Origin: an uncultured Bacteroidales bacterium
GTDB lineage: Bacteria; Bacteroidota; Bacteroidia; Bacteroidales; UBA4417
DNA: 64,000 bases
Reading direction: 5' to 3'
Assembly (NCBI GenBank): GCA_963802185.1
Contig: CAWDHU010000017.1
Location: forward strand, 278,759 to 342,758
Shown here: positions 39,962 to 49,940 of the stretch, piece after piece
Layout: each line of letters starts with the position of its first letter
How positions within the stretch are numbered: position 1 is the stretch's first letter
The notes under the pieces: model-generated
What the model saw: the letters and a program-made list of their open reading frames with translations, nothing else
The model's database searches: none
What the model was told of the DNA's origin: nothing
Made by a program: the position numbers and the translations under genes

Positions 39962-42207
39962 TAGAATTTCTTAAAGTTATATGTAAGTTTTAAAAAAAAC
40001 GTGCGTCCCCAGGCTACGCTTGTAGATCCGTTGCCGCCTCCGCTGTGTGCACCACTGTTAACAATGGAGGAATTAACATTACTAACGTCCAGAAGATTTT
40101 TACCTCCGACAGTAACCGAAAACATGTTTTGTTTAAAACTTTTCATTATGCTGATATCGAGGTTTGAATAACCTTGAATATAATCATTTTCGAAAGTCCC
40201 CCCGGGAGTTAACAATGGGAATCGGCCTGTATATTTATAATTTGCAGTTAGTGAGGCGTTATGCTTCACAAAGTTATAAGTAGCCATTGTATTAAAATCA
40301 GTGCTGTACTGGAATTTCGGATCGGCCTGATCAGCTGTGTTGTCGGGGAATTTACGCCCAACATAAGAAATCCCTGCCCGTAATGTCAGCTTCGGATAAA
40401 AACTGATAGTAGTATTAGCCTGAATACCCTGTGAAATAAATTTTGAAACATTTCCATATGTATATGTCGTAATATCATTCCCCACCTGGAAAAGCCAAAT
40501 CATATCGTTCACATAATTATAAAACAAGCCCAATTCCGTATTCAGGTATGCTTTCGAGGTTTCCCTGTTATAGCTAAAATTCAGATTCACATTGTGCGAA
40601 TATTCGGCTTTAAGGTCAGGATTGCCATGCAGATTGTGGTTGATATCCACAAAATCAAGGTATAGCTCTTTAATGGATGGTGCCCTGAATCCCCTGGCGT
40701 AGGTTGCTCTTATTGCCGAATTAGCAGTAGCGCCGTACTTTACATTCAATGAATAAACAACCGGGGCATCATACTTGGTATTGTGAGTAACCCTTGCACC
40801 AGGTTGAATCGTTATTTTTGTTGTAGGATCGTATTTCAAGCTTACAAATCCGGCATAATCGCCAATTTGCTGCGTCCCGCCTTCGATACGTTGCCCTTCA
40901 TTGATTTCAAGATTACCATCAAATCCTACCTGGTAATTTATTTTTTGTTCAGGATAATTACGGTTGTACCAGGCTCTAAGCAAATAACTTCCAACTGAAG
41001 TGGTATCGCCACCTGCCAGTTGTTTTTCAGTTATGGTAAGATCATTGTAATAAACTTCCCGTTTACGGTTGTAGGTTGAATAAGCTCCTACCAGGCTGAT
41101 CTGCCGTTTTTCAGAAATGGTATACGATGTTTCAATTTTTGATGTCTGGCGTATCGTATGATAATAATTATCGATGGCGGTTTCAAAATAAGGTGCAATC
41201 AGATTTCCTTTATCCTGTATCATTTCATCGAAATACTGGAAGGATAGTTTTACCCTTGTTTTTTTTCCTGTAAACAGGTAATACGAATCAGCATTATATT
41301 GAAGCTTTGGTTTCCAGATCATTGATCTTAAAGAATCAACTGTTGAATATCCATCAAAGAAATTCCGGGCCAGATCGAGTGAAAAGCTACTTTTTTTCTT
41401 GTGAAATGACCCTCCACCATTAAAATTATATACGCCGACAGATTCAAGGTATGCATTGGCATAAGCAGTAAGTGATGTATTTCTGTTTTCTTTAGTGATG
41501 ATATTTACAACACCGGCTATAGCGTTGCTGCCATAAATAACTGACATTGGGCCTTCAATAATTTCGATATGGTCGACATTATAAAGATTTAACTGGTTAA
41601 GATCGATATTGCCATTTAAGCGGCCTACTACCGGAACACCATCAATCAGAAATTTTACATTTTCGCCTGATAAACCTTGCAGACTTAAACTGGTTCCTAA
41701 AACCCCGCCCTGCGAAACCCGCATATTACTTTCGGAACTAAGCAAATCTGTAAGATTAGTAGCCGATTTGAGTTCAATCTGGCGGCTATTGATAACGTTT
41801 ATTTTGTAAATGGATTTATCCGCTTTTTCAGGCAGATATTGCGCAGTTATTACAACCTCGTCCATATTTAGCACTGCAGGAACCAACATCAGGGTTTTTG
41901 TCTCCCCTTGTTTTACGGTATCAGTAAGTGTGCTATATCCAACAAAAGTAACCATAACTGCACTGGTCTCTTTTACTTCGTTATGCACCTTGCCTGCAAT
42001 ATCGGTAACAGCATATTTCTGCGCAGATGATTTTAGCCCCTGAAAAGACACGGTTGCATAAGGAACAGGTTCTTTGGTTTTAGCATCAAGGATAATAATG
42101 GCAGCCTGCTGACCGAAGATTTGACCCCCGATCAGCAGCAAAACCATTAACCCTGATAACCTGATAAACAAACTTTTCAACATTACTTTATAAATCGAAT
42201 TATGCAT
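39961..42207 (-). CDS. TonB-dependent receptor (HmuR-like), probably for heme/iron
   Basis: CarboxypepD-like N-domain, plug (LIDGVPV, IEIIEGPMSVIYGSNAIAGVVNIIT), GFRAPS..ELY, GNPDLKAE, terminal Phe. Start may be 42183. Confidence 0.92.
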   Translation of the reverse strand: MHNSIYKVMLKSLFIRLSGLMVLLLIGGQIFGQQAAIIILDAKTKEPVPYATVSFQGLKSSAQKYAVTDIAGKVHNEVKETSAVMVTFVGYSTLTDTVKQGETKTLMLVPAVLNMDEVVITAQYLPEKADKSIYKINVINSRQIELKSATNLTDLLSSESNMRVSQGGVLGTSLSLQGLSGENVKFLIDGVPVVGRLNGNIDLNQLNLYNVDHIEIIEGPMSVIYGSNAIAGVVNIITKENRNTSLTAYANAYLESVGVYNFNGGGSFHKKKSSFSLDLARNFFDGYSTVDSLRSMIWKPKLQYNADSYYLFTGKKTRVKLSFQYFDEMIQDKGNLIAPYFETAIDNYYHTIRQTSKIETSYTISEKRQISLVGAYSTYNRKREVYYNDLTITEKQLAGGDTTSVGSYLLRAWYNRNYPEQKINYQVGFDGNLEINEGQRIEGGTQQIGDYAGFVSLKYDPTTKITIQPGARVTHNTKYDAPVVYSLNVKYGATANSAIRATYARGFRAPSIKELYLDFVDINHNLHGNPDLKAEYSHNVNLNFSYNRETSKAYLNTELGLFYNYVNDMIWLFQVGNDITTYTYGNVSKFISQGIQANTTISFYPKLTLRAGISYVGRKFPDNTADQADPKFQYSTDFNTMATYNFVKHNASLTANYKYTGRFPLLTPGGTFENDYIQGYSNLDISIMKSFKQNMFSVTVGGKNLLDVSNVNSSIVNSGAHSGGGNGSTSVAWGRTFFLKLTYNFKKF

Positions 42208-42239
42208 TTGTAAACACTTAAGTTGTTTGAAACTTTAAT

Positions 42240-42463
42240 GTGGCAGGCTGCTGGCCGAAGAAACTTCTTCGGGCCGGCAGCATTGCCATTAGCCCTACTA
42301 ATCTATTAAACAAAACAACCAACATTAAGTATTTACATATCTTGTTATGAGAGGATAAAGATTAAAAGAGACCTGTAATTTTGATGGTCAACCGCCAACC
42401 GGAACTTTTACTTCCGGTCGGCAGCATATCCATCAATCCCTATATAATCTAATAAACAAAACC
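42240..42463 (-). repeat. Two tandem related structured RNA elements (42240-42320 and 42381-42463)
   Basis: Both read GTTTTGTTTA.TAGATTA..TAGGG..ATGG..ATGCTGCCG.CC.GAAG on the minus strand, then complete a long hairpin with different sequence. Confidence 0.7.
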
Positions 42464-42474
42464 CTCTGCATTAA

Positions 42475-43767
42475 TTATTTCACAATCATTTTACGAGCAA
42501 TCATATTTTTTCCTGCTTGTATTCTAACCATATACATTCCTGAAGGTAGTTCTGAAACAGGAATTTTTAATGTGGATAAATCTTCTGCCTGAATTTCAAA
42601 TTTCTGATTCAGTACCATACGGCCTGACATATCAAGTACCGAAATCATAGCAACCCTTGATTTCCCCGGATTAATTACAAGATTCATTACATCACTTACC
42701 GGATTTGGATAAATCGCAGCATTGAAACCCGATTTCTCAATTCCCTTAACAGCGGTTAAAGATACCTGCTGTGTTTCCATTTTGATGCGACCAGTAGAAC
42801 TTCCAGCAAAATTTGTAAAAACGAGTTTATATATGTTTCCCGCTCTATTCTGAACAAAATAGGCTACAGAATCAGCTATTTCATATGCAAATGTTGTCAT
42901 ATTGAATGATTTCCATTCCCATCCTATTGGTGAACGGGTCGAATCCATAACCTGTGGTTCTGTCATTAGGAAATCAGGAGCAACATTTTCGAATTTAGCA
43001 ACCTTTACTTTATAGTTATTCAATACTCCGGTAACAGGGTAAAGTGACCCTGCATTAGGACTTGTTAAAGGGTAAGTGTACATATATTTGGTAAAGAGAA
43101 TATCCCATTGATCGGAAACAACAGGTTCAAAATCAACCACCTCATTAGATTTAATGGAGAAACCGACAAAGTTTTTTAAAGCATATGGGTTACAATCAAG
43201 TTGATTTGTAATTTCACCGGTTCCATCAAGCTTAGCGAACCGGAATTCAAAAATGTTTTCGCTTGAATATTTTTCCATAATCCAAAGTTTCCGAAAGGTT
43301 CCATCACGTAGTTTGATAATGAACAATGAATCGCCCATAACATTATGAGATACAGAGTTGTATTTACCCCAACCATAATCAGGATGACCTTTCTGATTCC
43401 TGCAAAACGCACCTTCTTCCCAGTCAGTGGTTGAATTTACCATCACCTTCCAGCTACTAAGCCCGCTGGTATCAACTGTAGCCCATCCGCTGGTATCAGT
43501 TTTGGGGTAGGAATATAATTCAACGCCCGAACCATCATTGGTAAGTATGCTTGCGCTCATCCTGTTTGCCCTGAAAGCGATATCCCATTGAGCGCGGGCA
43601 ACCGAACCCTGTTCGCCGGCCGACATGCTGTAATATATTTCATTACTATAACTTGCGCCCATAAATACGGAATCAGTTACTGTGCCGGCAAATTGACCCA
43701 TAGCAGGGACTATTCCGGCAAAAGTGGTTGCTAGTAAAGCAACAAAAGTGTAAACCTTAGTTTTCAT
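42475..43767 (-). CDS. HmuY-like protein with a T9SS type-A C-terminal sorting domain
   Basis: Sec signal; QWDIAF and QWDILFTKY, YPVTGVL, IGWEWK, YKLVF shared with 38948-39961; CTD IYPNPVSD...LPSGMYMVRI...KMIVK. Confidence 0.8.
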   Translation of the reverse strand: MKTKVYTFVALLATTFAGIVPAMGQFAGTVTDSVFMGASYSNEIYYSMSAGEQGSVARAQWDIAFRANRMSASILTNDGSGVELYSYPKTDTSGWATVDTSGLSSWKVMVNSTTDWEEGAFCRNQKGHPDYGWGKYNSVSHNVMGDSLFIIKLRDGTFRKLWIMEKYSSENIFEFRFAKLDGTGEITNQLDCNPYALKNFVGFSIKSNEVVDFEPVVSDQWDILFTKYMYTYPLTSPNAGSLYPVTGVLNNYKVKVAKFENVAPDFLMTEPQVMDSTRSPIGWEWKSFNMTTFAYEIADSVAYFVQNRAGNIYKLVFTNFAGSSTGRIKMETQQVSLTAVKGIEKSGFNAAIYPNPVSDVMNLVINPGKSRVAMISVLDMSGRMVLNQKFEIQAEDLSTLKIPVSELPSGMYMVRIQAGKNMIARKMIVK

Positions 43768-43902
43768 TTATATTAATTTTTAGTTTGTATTTTTTAATGA
43801 ATTTCAGCTTTTCCCGCCTGGGTAGAAACTCAAAATCGCAATGCGATACATACGTCATACACAAAACTGAATTTGTGCAGTAACAATATCGATTCTAAGA
43901 AA

Positions 43903-44274
43903 TTATGCTGAAGGAGGGCCTCTGAGAGTTAAGGCCTTGAGTCCCTGGTAGAGAACCGGGGAATCGGACAAAATGGGTTGAAATGAAACTACTTCAATAT
44001 AAGCAACTTCTGAAACATGCTGATCAGGTGTAGTAAAATCAAACTGCAATCCTGAATTGAAGTTTATTGTCTTGCTATCATTTTTGAAACCTATTGAAGA
44101 ATTTTCATCTTTATATCTTGTAGATGAACAAGCTACAGGAATAAGTTGCTTACCCCAGATATGATGTTGATGAAAATTAACCAGGTTACCCAGGTAAATC
44201 CAAACCACTGCCACAGCCCATCCGATTAGGATAGTTTTGCGAAGTACAGATTTGGTTGAACTTAAGTAACTCAT
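43903..44274 (-). CDS. Putative regulatory uORF/arrest peptide (TM + HQHH + C-terminal RGPP)
   Basis: 123 aa: N-terminal hydrophobic helix, NFHQHH, ends LRGPPSA*. First gene of the TBDT operon. Confidence 0.75.
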   Translation of the reverse strand: MSYLSSTKSVLRKTILIGWAVAVVWIYLGNLVNFHQHHIWGKQLIPVACSSTRYKDENSSIGFKNDSKTINFNSGLQFDFTTPDQHVSEVAYIEVVSFQPILSDSPVLYQGLKALTLRGPPSA

Positions 44275-44649
44275 AATTAATCTCTGATTGAGGGTGCAAA
44301 GTTGTTTATTTTTTAGAAGTAAAAAACATTTTGACGAGTTTTTTTTAAGGGAATATTAAAAAAAACAAATTGAATGACATATATCAATGAAAACGAAAAT
44401 AAAAGCTACTACAATAATGATTTATAACATACAAAATTATTCAAGATGACTATTCAGAACAGAAATTAAAAGCAATAGATTTAATATAAATATCTGTATT
44501 TCATGTGATTGAATAATATTACAATAACCAACAGATTGGTTAAACACTATTTCATCAGAATAAATAAAAAAAAATCCATCAATTGAAATTTTTTCCTCAA
44601 CTGATGGAAAATATGTATTAAAATCTTACAAATCAGGAAACCCCGAGGC

Positions 44650-45156
44650 CTATAATTTAGCTTCTTTTTTAATTTGTTTTACCCAATTCTTAATTCTTTC
44701 CTCCGTCAATTCCTTCTGTGTATCATCATCGATTGCCAGACCAACGAACTTTCCGTCTTTTTCTGCTGTGGAATAATAAAAATTATATCCCTTTATTGAT
44801 GTGTACCCTACGACATTTTCTTTATGTGGCAAGCGGCAGAATATAGTACCCATACCGTCTATAAAACTCTCGGGATACATTTTCTGATCTCCAAGGCCAA
44901 ATAATGCGATTTTTTTGCCGGCAAGGTCTGATTCGACAAGCTTATCAATAAAGCGTTCCCAATCCGAATGCATTTCGCCTATACCCCATGCTGCTGTTCC
45001 TAATACAAGGAAATCATATTTTTCAACATCGAGTTTTGTGGCACTTGCAACATTGTGAACAGTAGCCTGGTCACCTAATAATTCCTGTATTTTACGGGCC
45101 ACTTTTGCAGTGCTCCCGTTATCTTTACCCCCAAAAAAAATTCCAATCTGTGACAT
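44650..45156 (-). CDS. Long-chain flavodoxin
   Basis: IGIFFG, LGTAAWGIGE, IALFGLGDQKMYPESFIDGMG, FVGLAIDDDTQ, ERIKNWV. Confidence 0.93.
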   Translation of the reverse strand: MSQIGIFFGGKDNGSTAKVARKIQELLGDQATVHNVASATKLDVEKYDFLVLGTAAWGIGEMHSDWERFIDKLVESDLAGKKIALFGLGDQKMYPESFIDGMGTIFCRLPHKENVVGYTSIKGYNFYYSTAEKDGKFVGLAIDDDTQKELTEERIKNWVKQIKKEAKL

Positions 45157-45288
45157 ATCCGGTTTTTATTTCTATTTATTCAATATGCAAATCTAACGAA
45201 AATCAAACTTACGTGTTTATCTGCACCTATTTATTTTCTCACTAATTTTGAGGCTCGGCCCGGAAGCCTTTAAAATCAAACCCGATTT

Positions 45289-46269
45289 ATGAAACAGCTT
45301 TACTTCTATTTTGTTTTACCTCAACTCTTAATTTCGCTTTTACTTTGGAGTGTTATAGTTTGCGAAACAGGTATTAGTTTAAGCAGCGCTTTAGGGTTAT
45401 TCCTGATAATTGTTTTAATTTTACTAAATCTTAAAACAGCCAGCCATATTCAGCGTTTGCGGAAAAACCTGATTAATATCGAAAATGGGTCATTAATTAA
45501 TATCGATAGTAAAGGGAATGGGATTTTTGCTGAATTAAATCAAACTTTAAAAAGTATTTTTCAACGAATAAGAAAACAGGAAACCGAGCTGCAGCGCGAA
45601 AAACTACGCAGGCTTCGCTCGGTGATTGATGGACAGGATCAGGAACGTAACCGCCTGTCGCGCGAATTGCACGATGGTATAGGTCAGTCGCTTATTGCTA
45701 TAAAACTGCAACTCGAAAATGCTGAAACACAGAATTATTCAATGATGCGGGCCGGGATTGATTCAGCTAAAAACATGATCGACATTACTATTGAAGAAGT
45801 ACGCCATGTTTGTAATGCATTGTTACCGGCTGCGCTCAACGAGTTTGGGATAGTATCTACGTTAAGAGCACTTTGCTCCGAATTAGGATCATTAGCCGGA
45901 TTTAAAGCTGTTTTTGAAAATACGGGTTCCCTGGATCGCATCTCTAAAAAGTCGCAAATATATTTATACCGCATTGCACAGGAAGCCCTGAATAATGTAA
46001 CAAAACACGCCAGAGCCAATGAAGTAATCATGAAACTATGCCGGATTAATAATATAGTTACGCTGGAAGTGACGGACAACGGAAAAGGCTTTATATTTGA
46101 CCCGGTTTCTTTTGCACAGCGAAATGGCCTGCAGAATATGCGAGAACGTACTCAATTGCTTGAAGGTGAATTTATAATTAACAGCCTGCCAGGTAAGGGC
46201 ACAACAATAAAGGTTTCAATACCTTATGATACTGGAAATGGAAAAAATCAAACTATTATTGGTGGATGA
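45289..46269 (+). CDS. Sensor histidine kinase (HisKA_3, NarX/LiaS-like)
   Basis: ERNRLSRELHDGIGQ, YRIAQEALNNVTKHA, DNGKGF, GLQNMRER, GKGT. Confidence 0.93.
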   Translation: MKQLYFYFVLPQLLISLLLWSVIVCETGISLSSALGLFLIIVLILLNLKTASHIQRLRKNLINIENGSLINIDSKGNGIFAELNQTLKSIFQRIRKQETELQREKLRRLRSVIDGQDQERNRLSRELHDGIGQSLIAIKLQLENAETQNYSMMRAGIDSAKNMIDITIEEVRHVCNALLPAALNEFGIVSTLRALCSELGSLAGFKAVFENTGSLDRISKKSQIYLYRIAQEALNNVTKHARANEVIMKLCRINNIVTLEVTDNGKGFIFDPVSFAQRNGLQNMRERTQLLEGEFIINSLPGKGTTIKVSIPYDTGNGKNQTIIGG

Positions 46270-46897
46270 CCACCAGCTTGTACGGACAGGAATTGCAAAT
46301 TTGCTGACAGGAGAACCAGGTTTTGAAATCATCGGGGAAGCTGCTGATGCAAAGGATTTGTTTGAATTACTTAAAAAGTCACACCCCGACATCACCGTAC
46401 TTGATATTGCTTTACCAGGAATGTCGGGCATCGAAATCACAAAAAAACTTCATTCTGATTATCCTGGTATCCGTATTCTCATTCTCTCGATGCACACATC
46501 TGAAGAGTTTATTTTTAATGCGATAAATTCGGGGGCAAGGGGCTATTTACCCAAAAACACTTCGCGCAAAGAGTTGATTGAAGCTATATATGCAATCCAT
46601 CGTGGTGAAGAATACTTTGCCGAAAGCATTTCGAATGTGATTTTAAAAAGTTACATTAAAAAGGCGAAATCTGACTCCACTGAAGATGAAAACAAGGAGA
46701 GTCTCCTGTCAAAACGCGAGATTGAAGTACTGAAACTATTTGCCGAAGGCATGACCAACCAGCAAATTGCTGATAAGTTATTTATCAGTATCCGAACCGT
46801 TGAGTCGCACAAAAACCATATCATGGCAAGGCTCGAATTGAAAACTACGGTTGACCTGGTTAAATTTGCTATCAGGAATAATATCGTTTTGCTCTGA
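46238..46897 (+). CDS. NarL/LuxR-family response regulator
   Basis: LVDDHQLVR, LDIALP, GYLPK, LSKREIEVL...IADKLFISIRTVESH. Confidence 0.95.
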   Translation: MEKIKLLLVDDHQLVRTGIANLLTGEPGFEIIGEAADAKDLFELLKKSHPDITVLDIALPGMSGIEITKKLHSDYPGIRILILSMHTSEEFIFNAINSGARGYLPKNTSRKELIEAIYAIHRGEEYFAESISNVILKSYIKKAKSDSTEDENKESLLSKREIEVLKLFAEGMTNQQIADKLFISIRTVESHKNHIMARLELKTTVDLVKFAIRNNIVLL

Positions 46898-46979
46898 AAA
46901 GGACATTTTGATTTGTTAAAGAAGCCTGATACCGTATTAAAACAGACAAACCCCAATTGCAAATCTAACAACAGACAAC

Positions 46980-47492
46980 ATGAAAAAACTGTTATTTCTT
47001 GCTTTGATTCTGATTCCGGCGATGCTATCTGCCCAGGAACTGAATCAAAAAACAGCCGATGAAAAGAAAGGTAACGAAATGCTGATTGGGTACTGTAACC
47101 GCGATGGTTTTGCTACTGTCAACAGCAATTTTGATTCTGCTTTTAAAGCCGAATATCCAATTTACAAAGCAGATGATGCCACTTTGAAACAGCTGGCTGA
47201 TAAGATTAAAGGTGTAGTAGTTACAGTTGTAATGGCAACCTGGTGCAGCGACAGTAAGGAATGGGTACCAAGGTTTTATAAAATTATGGATAACCTGGAC
47301 TTTGCCTATAAAAACATGACCCTGATATGTGTTGACCGCTCAAAAAAAGCTCCGGGAACCAATGTTGATGAATTGAAAATTGAACTTGTTCCAACATTTA
47401 TTTTTTATCGTGATAAAGTTGAACTCGGCCGAATTGTTGAAGTTCCCGGGGATTTGATGGAGAAGGAAATTTTGAAGATTTTATCGAATTAG
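46980..47492 (+). CDS. Exported thioredoxin-like protein
   Basis: Signal peptide, TWCSDS (CxxS-type) motif, VPTFIFY...ELGRIVE. Confidence 0.85.
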   Translation: MKKLLFLALILIPAMLSAQELNQKTADEKKGNEMLIGYCNRDGFATVNSNFDSAFKAEYPIYKADDATLKQLADKIKGVVVTVVMATWCSDSKEWVPRFYKIMDNLDFAYKNMTLICVDRSKKAPGTNVDELKIELVPTFIFYRDKVELGRIVEVPGDLMEKEILKILSN

Positions 47493-47561
47493 TTTTATTA
47501 AAACCAACCTGTTTATAGTTTATTTTGATATACATTGTAATTCATTTTAGTTAAAAGAATA

Positions 47562-48923
47562 ATGAAACTTCTATATTTATTCATCGCTATTTTAGTGATT
47601 TCATCTTGTAAAAAAGAGAAAAATCCGGATACGCCAGAAACTAGTGATACTCTGAAATCTAAATATAAAATTGAGATAGTATCAGGTAATCAACAAAATG
47701 GTTTTATTAATCAGGAACTGGTTAATCCAATAAATATTAAGGTCACCAATCCGGAAGGTGTGCAATATAACAAGGCCAACATATCATTCATTACAACTGA
47801 TGGTAATTTGCTCTGCCAATATGGGCCTTTTTTGTCAGGCACTTACCTGGTTTATTGGATGTTGGGTTGTAAGGAAGGCATTCAGAATGCGTCAGTCGTT
47901 GTATCTGATACAGCCGGCAAAGCAATTGATACACTTCAAATATCGGCTAATGTTACGAAGGATACACCCTGGAACAGGGTATGCGGATTGCCTGTAAAAG
48001 TTGATGGGTATAAATTCTATCTCTCAAATACATTGAAATTGATAGAACATCCTGACGGGACACTTTATTCCTTGATAAACTCATATTCCGACTGCTTGTT
48101 GTATTCATCATCAGATCAAGGAGAATCCTGGACTAAAATATCCAATCTTAAAACATACAGTTGGGTACATGATCTTACTTTGGATGATGATGGAAATTTC
48201 TTTCTGTCAACCGATAAAGGACTATATAAATCATCTGATTGTAAAAACTGGAGAAAAGTATTGGATGGACTAATGAATAAGTGTTTTAGTATTGATAATC
48301 AAACACTATTCGCGTGTGAATACTTATTTAAAACTATTTATCGTTCGGATGATAAAGGTGAGACATGGCAAAAAGTATTAATTTCTCATATTAATGAATC
48401 CAACACCCCATGGTATTCAGAAGGTATCAGGCAAGTGAAACGGTTAGACAACAACAGGATACTTTTGCTTGATGATAATCAAGATTTGCTTCTTTCGAAG
48501 GATAACGGCACAAACTGGGAAGTATTTTCCAATAGCAATACATTTTTTGACAAAACAGGATTTATTTTGAAAGGAAACAATGTTTTCCTGGTTAATATTC
48601 GCGGTGGCGAATCAATTCCGGAGGTTTATAAATCTGACGCTTCCAATGTATCGTGGTCTTTGTTTTGTACATTGAGACACACACCTCATATAAGTGATGA
48701 TATTAGGGAAATATCCGGCACAATAGATAACCTGTATTTCTTAACGTCAAGCTGCATTTATAAGGTAAATCAAAATGGAGACACTTTAAATATTACAAAT
48801 AAAATTTGGGAGAAAATAGGAAATATAAACAACTTTATAGTTTCTAAACAAGGTTTTTTTCTTGTTGGCTCGGATTTTTCTGATGGTAAAGGTATATTCA
48901 GAAGTACCATTGATCAGCCCTGA
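47562..48923 (+). CDS. Lipoprotein with an Ig-like domain and a BNR/Asp-box beta-propeller
   Basis: Lipobox ISSC-KKE; Asp boxes SSDQGESW, SDDKGETW, SKDNGTNW. Confidence 0.75.
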   Translation: MKLLYLFIAILVISSCKKEKNPDTPETSDTLKSKYKIEIVSGNQQNGFINQELVNPINIKVTNPEGVQYNKANISFITTDGNLLCQYGPFLSGTYLVYWMLGCKEGIQNASVVVSDTAGKAIDTLQISANVTKDTPWNRVCGLPVKVDGYKFYLSNTLKLIEHPDGTLYSLINSYSDCLLYSSSDQGESWTKISNLKTYSWVHDLTLDDDGNFFLSTDKGLYKSSDCKNWRKVLDGLMNKCFSIDNQTLFACEYLFKTIYRSDDKGETWQKVLISHINESNTPWYSEGIRQVKRLDNNRILLLDDNQDLLLSKDNGTNWEVFSNSNTFFDKTGFILKGNNVFLVNIRGGESIPEVYKSDASNVSWSLFCTLRHTPHISDDIREISGTIDNLYFLTSSCIYKVNQNGDTLNITNKIWEKIGNINNFIVSKQGFFLVGSDFSDGKGIFRSTIDQP

Positions 48924-49029
48924 TTAACAACAGATCATTAACTATTCTATCAAAAAGCTTCTGACTTCGGTAAACAAGGTAAGATTGAAAGTCTCAAAAT
49001 CTGAAACATTAACATTACAACTAAAACAA

Positions 49030-49875
49030 ATGATTAACCTTACGCACAAAATTACTGAAACTCAGATTGCCCTTCAGAAACAGATTTCAGAAGGGAAAAC
49101 TATAGGGCTAGTCCCAACTATGGGGGCGTTACATGAAGGCCATCTTGTACTTATAAAGCGGGCTGTGCTCGAAAATGACTTTGTGGTGGTAAGTATTTTT
49201 GTAAATCCCATTCAGTTTAACAATCCGGAAGACTTAGTTAACTATCCCCGGTCACTGGAAGCGGACTTACAGAAACTTGAAGTGGCTGGATGCAATCTTG
49301 TATTTGCGCCTTCTGTAGAGGAAATGTATCCTGAGCCTGATTTAACAGAGTTTGATTTCGGACAACTTGACAAAGTGATGGAAGGCAAATTCAGGCCAGG
49401 CCATTTTAAAGGTGTAGCTATTGTAGTAAAAAAACTTTTCGAAATAGTAACTCCACACAAGGCTTATTTTGGCGAAAAAGACTTTCAGCAGCTGGCTATC
49501 ATTAAAGAGATGGTAAACATATTACAAATACCTGTTGAGATAGTCCCATGCCCTATTGTACGTGAAGCCGACGGATTGGCAATGAGCTCGCGCAATGCAC
49601 GGCTAACAGTGGAAGAACGCATGGAAGCACCTCTTATTTATAAAGCACTTTCCGATATTAAAGAGAACTATTCCTGGTTTATTCCTGACGGCGTCAAACA
49701 ATTGGTACGCGGCGCAATACAGGACAGCCCCTATTTCAGGGTAGAGTACGTGGATGTGGTGGATACTGAAACGCTTCAACCTTTTGACGATTGGCAGGAT
49801 GTAGAACATGCTGTGGTATGCGTGGCAGTATTTATTGGATCCGTAAGGCTTATTGACAACATTATTTTGTTTTAA
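49030..49875 (+). CDS. panC: Pantoate--beta-alanine ligase
   Basis: VPTMGALHEGH, SIFVNPIQF, RPGHF, FGEKDFQQ, GLAMSSRN, RLIDN. Confidence 0.97.
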   Translation: MINLTHKITETQIALQKQISEGKTIGLVPTMGALHEGHLVLIKRAVLENDFVVVSIFVNPIQFNNPEDLVNYPRSLEADLQKLEVAGCNLVFAPSVEEMYPEPDLTEFDFGQLDKVMEGKFRPGHFKGVAIVVKKLFEIVTPHKAYFGEKDFQQLAIIKEMVNILQIPVEIVPCPIVREADGLAMSSRNARLTVEERMEAPLIYKALSDIKENYSWFIPDGVKQLVRGAIQDSPYFRVEYVDVVDTETLQPFDDWQDVEHAVVCVAVFIGSVRLIDNIILF

Positions 49876-49940
49876 ACGTTTATATTCAAAAATAATACAA
49901 ACAAATCACAACTATTTTATTCATCTAAACTTTAACTATA

